Origin: Chiloscyllium plagiosum
Lineage: Eukaryota
Direction of reading: 5' to 3'
DNA length: 50,617 bases
Assembly: GCF_004010195.1 (NCBI RefSeq)
Contig: NC_057755.1
Coordinates: 3,294,692-3,345,308 of the forward strand
The position numbers and the translations under genes were made by a program. Position 1 is the stretch's first letter. Each line of letters begins with the position of its first letter. The notes beneath the pieces were generated by a model. The model did no database searches. It saw nothing but the letters and a program-made list of their open reading frames with translations, and was not told the DNA's origin. Of this stretch, positions 48,765 through 50,617 are shown one piece after another.

Positions 48765-49470
48765 TGGACTTACCTTGTGGTTTGGTCACATTTCTGACCC
48801 CAGCAAGATTTTGCTCAACATCTTGAATAAAGTGAAATGTCTCAAGGCAGTTCATAATATCCGGTATCTAAAACAAAATTGAACAATGAGCTACATAATG
48901 AGTTCTTAGGATGAGTGACCAAAAGGTCAGTCGAAGGGCGAAGTTTTAAGGAAGAGAGTGAGTTGGAGAGTTTTATAGAGAGAATTCCAGACTGAGGGGT
49001 CCAGGTGCTGAAGGCATGGCCACCAATGGGGAAGCCATTATAATTGGGCAATGCTAAAGAGGCCTGAATTGGAGGAGCAGAGAGATCACGGAGAGTTGTA
49101 GGAGATTACAAGGATAAGGGGAGTTGTATGCGCTGGAGGAGGTTAGAGAATGGGGGAGGATTGTTAGGACTGAAGGTGGTTACTTGGTTGGAAGGTTTGA
49201 TGTTAATCAGAGAGACAAAGAGGTCTGTAATAACAGTAGGTGGTTGTATAGACAGGGAAAATTGAAGGATCTGGAGGATAGGGAGGAATCTAGGAGCTGA
49301 AAGAGGTTATTGAGTAAGGGTTGGGAATAGAGGAGGTTACAGGGATAATAAACTGAGGTGAGGCCACGGTGAGCTTTGAACTCAAATATGGAGAATTTTA
49401 AAATAGAGCTAGTTGTCAGTTCAGGAGGCATGACTTATTGTAAATTAGAAAACTGGGCAGTAAGTTTCTG
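48765..49470 (-). mobile_element. Old L2-like LINE 3' fragment
   Basis: IGGHAFS...P-type C-terminal remnant and degenerate tail; similar plus-strand remnants flank 47640-48270. Confidence 0.45.
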
Positions 49471-49729
49471 GATTCTATCATCTTTACTGTGTTCAGTTCC
49501 CTTGCTTGCATGTCCACCTTTTGCTCAAAACTCAGTCCACAATTTTTCCCTCTGCAATTTATAAGAAAAAATTAAAAGAAAGCTCTCCAGAAAGTGCACA
49601 CTGCTCATGCATCTCATCCGTCACATTCACTGTTTGTGAAATTACCATTTCAGAGATTTCTAGGAACACAACCCCTGAAAACACAGGATTATACAGCATT
49701 TTAAAAATGGAATCTCTTCTGTCTTCTAG

Positions 49730-49858
49730 CCAGTTGTTCAGGAACGCCAGGTGCAATTGGAGATGGAAACAGCAGCACCAGAACCAGTGGCAATACCAAC
49801 TCCTCATTTCACCAGGATTGCACCAAGTATACCACAGCAAAATCCAAAGCAGCTAACA
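49730..49858 (+). CDS. Putative exon of plus-strand gene (PVVQERQVQLEMETAAPEPVAIPTPHFTRIAPSIPQQNPKQLT), possibly the N-terminal tail of a second MS4A paralog
   Basis: Acceptor tctcttctgtcttctAG, donor ACA|GTAAGA, 129 bp, phase 0-0. The PKQLT| ending resembles MS4A PKxLG|. Confidence 0.62.
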
Positions 49859-50099
49859 GTAAGATTTCTCTACCATTTATACATGTAAACTGTTAGTGAC
49901 ATAATTTGTAAATATACCTGTTTATTCCTTTCTCACGCTTTTAGTGATGATTTAACTTAACCCAGCTTGTATGCTATTCTCTCCATTTACCAGCAATGTC
50001 TGGTATTTTTGCATTTTTTGAGTTTAATGCTTTATTTTATTCATTCCTTTTAATAAGTGTGTCACTGACAAATCCTGGTTTGTGTTGCCAATCCTAATT

Positions 50100-50617
50100 T
50101 AGAACATAGAACAGTACAGCACAGAACAGGCCCTTCAGCCCACGATGTTGTGCCGACCACTGATCCTCATGTATGCACCCTCAAATTTCTGTGACCATAT
50201 GCATGTCCAGTAGTCTCTCAAATGTCCCCAATGACCTTGCTTCCACAACTGCTGCTGGCAATGCATTCCATGCTCTTACAACTTTCTGTGTAAAGAACCC
50301 GCCTCTGACATCCCCTCTATACTTTCCTCCAACCAGCTTAAAATTATGACCCCTTGTGTTAGTAATTTCTGCCCTGGGAAATAGTCTCTGGCTATTGACT
50401 CTATCTATGCCTCTCATTATCTTGTATACCTCAATTAGGTCCCCTCTCCCCCTCCTTTTCTCCAATGAAAAAAGTCCGAGCTCAGTCAACCTCTCTTCAT
50501 AAGATAAGCCCTCCAGTCCAGGCAGCATCCTGGTAAACCTCCTCTGAACACTCTCCAAAGCATCCACATCTTTCTTATAATAGGGCGACCAGAACTGGAT
50601 GCAGTATTCCAAGTGCG
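50100..50617 (-). mobile_element. Young CR1 LINE 3' end, runs off the window
   Basis: Intact EYCIQFWSPYYKKDVDALESVQRRFTRM...GDLIEVYKIMRG...WNALP ORF and (ttctatg)n tail. Confidence 0.93.

Overview
Eukaryotic genomic DNA, most likely elasmobranch (shark-type HE1/V-SINEs, CR1 LINEs, Penelope-like elements, a 33-bp minisatellite), with two 500-N gaps (3318-3817, 40386-40885). It is dominated by nested transposable elements and tandem repeats, and most ORFs in the track are TE-derived or spurious. Reading splice signals by hand gives a spliced minus-strand MS4A/CD20-family tetraspan gene: coding exons 37128-37033, 32434-32321, 31378-31322, 26671-26558, 1448-1341 and a probable last exon 257-171. 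Its TM4 exon has an in-frame TGA seven codons before a strong phase-0 donor. The N-terminal exons of a divergently oriented plus-strand gene are also visible (46791-46840, 47111-47246, 49730-49858). Between the two genes lies a ~6 kb purine-rich array that degenerates progressively. On the minus strand its unit reads as polypyrimidine-CAG|GTRRGT, a fused 3'/5' splice site; on the plus strand it resembles the U1 snRNA 5' end. Other notable items: a two-LTR Gmr1-like Gypsy element with nested insertions, a minisatellite hit by four insertions, Penelope-associated hammerhead motifs, and an unexplained CpG-rich segment with tandem YY1-like motifs. All calls come from manual reading without database searches; TE boundaries are approximate.
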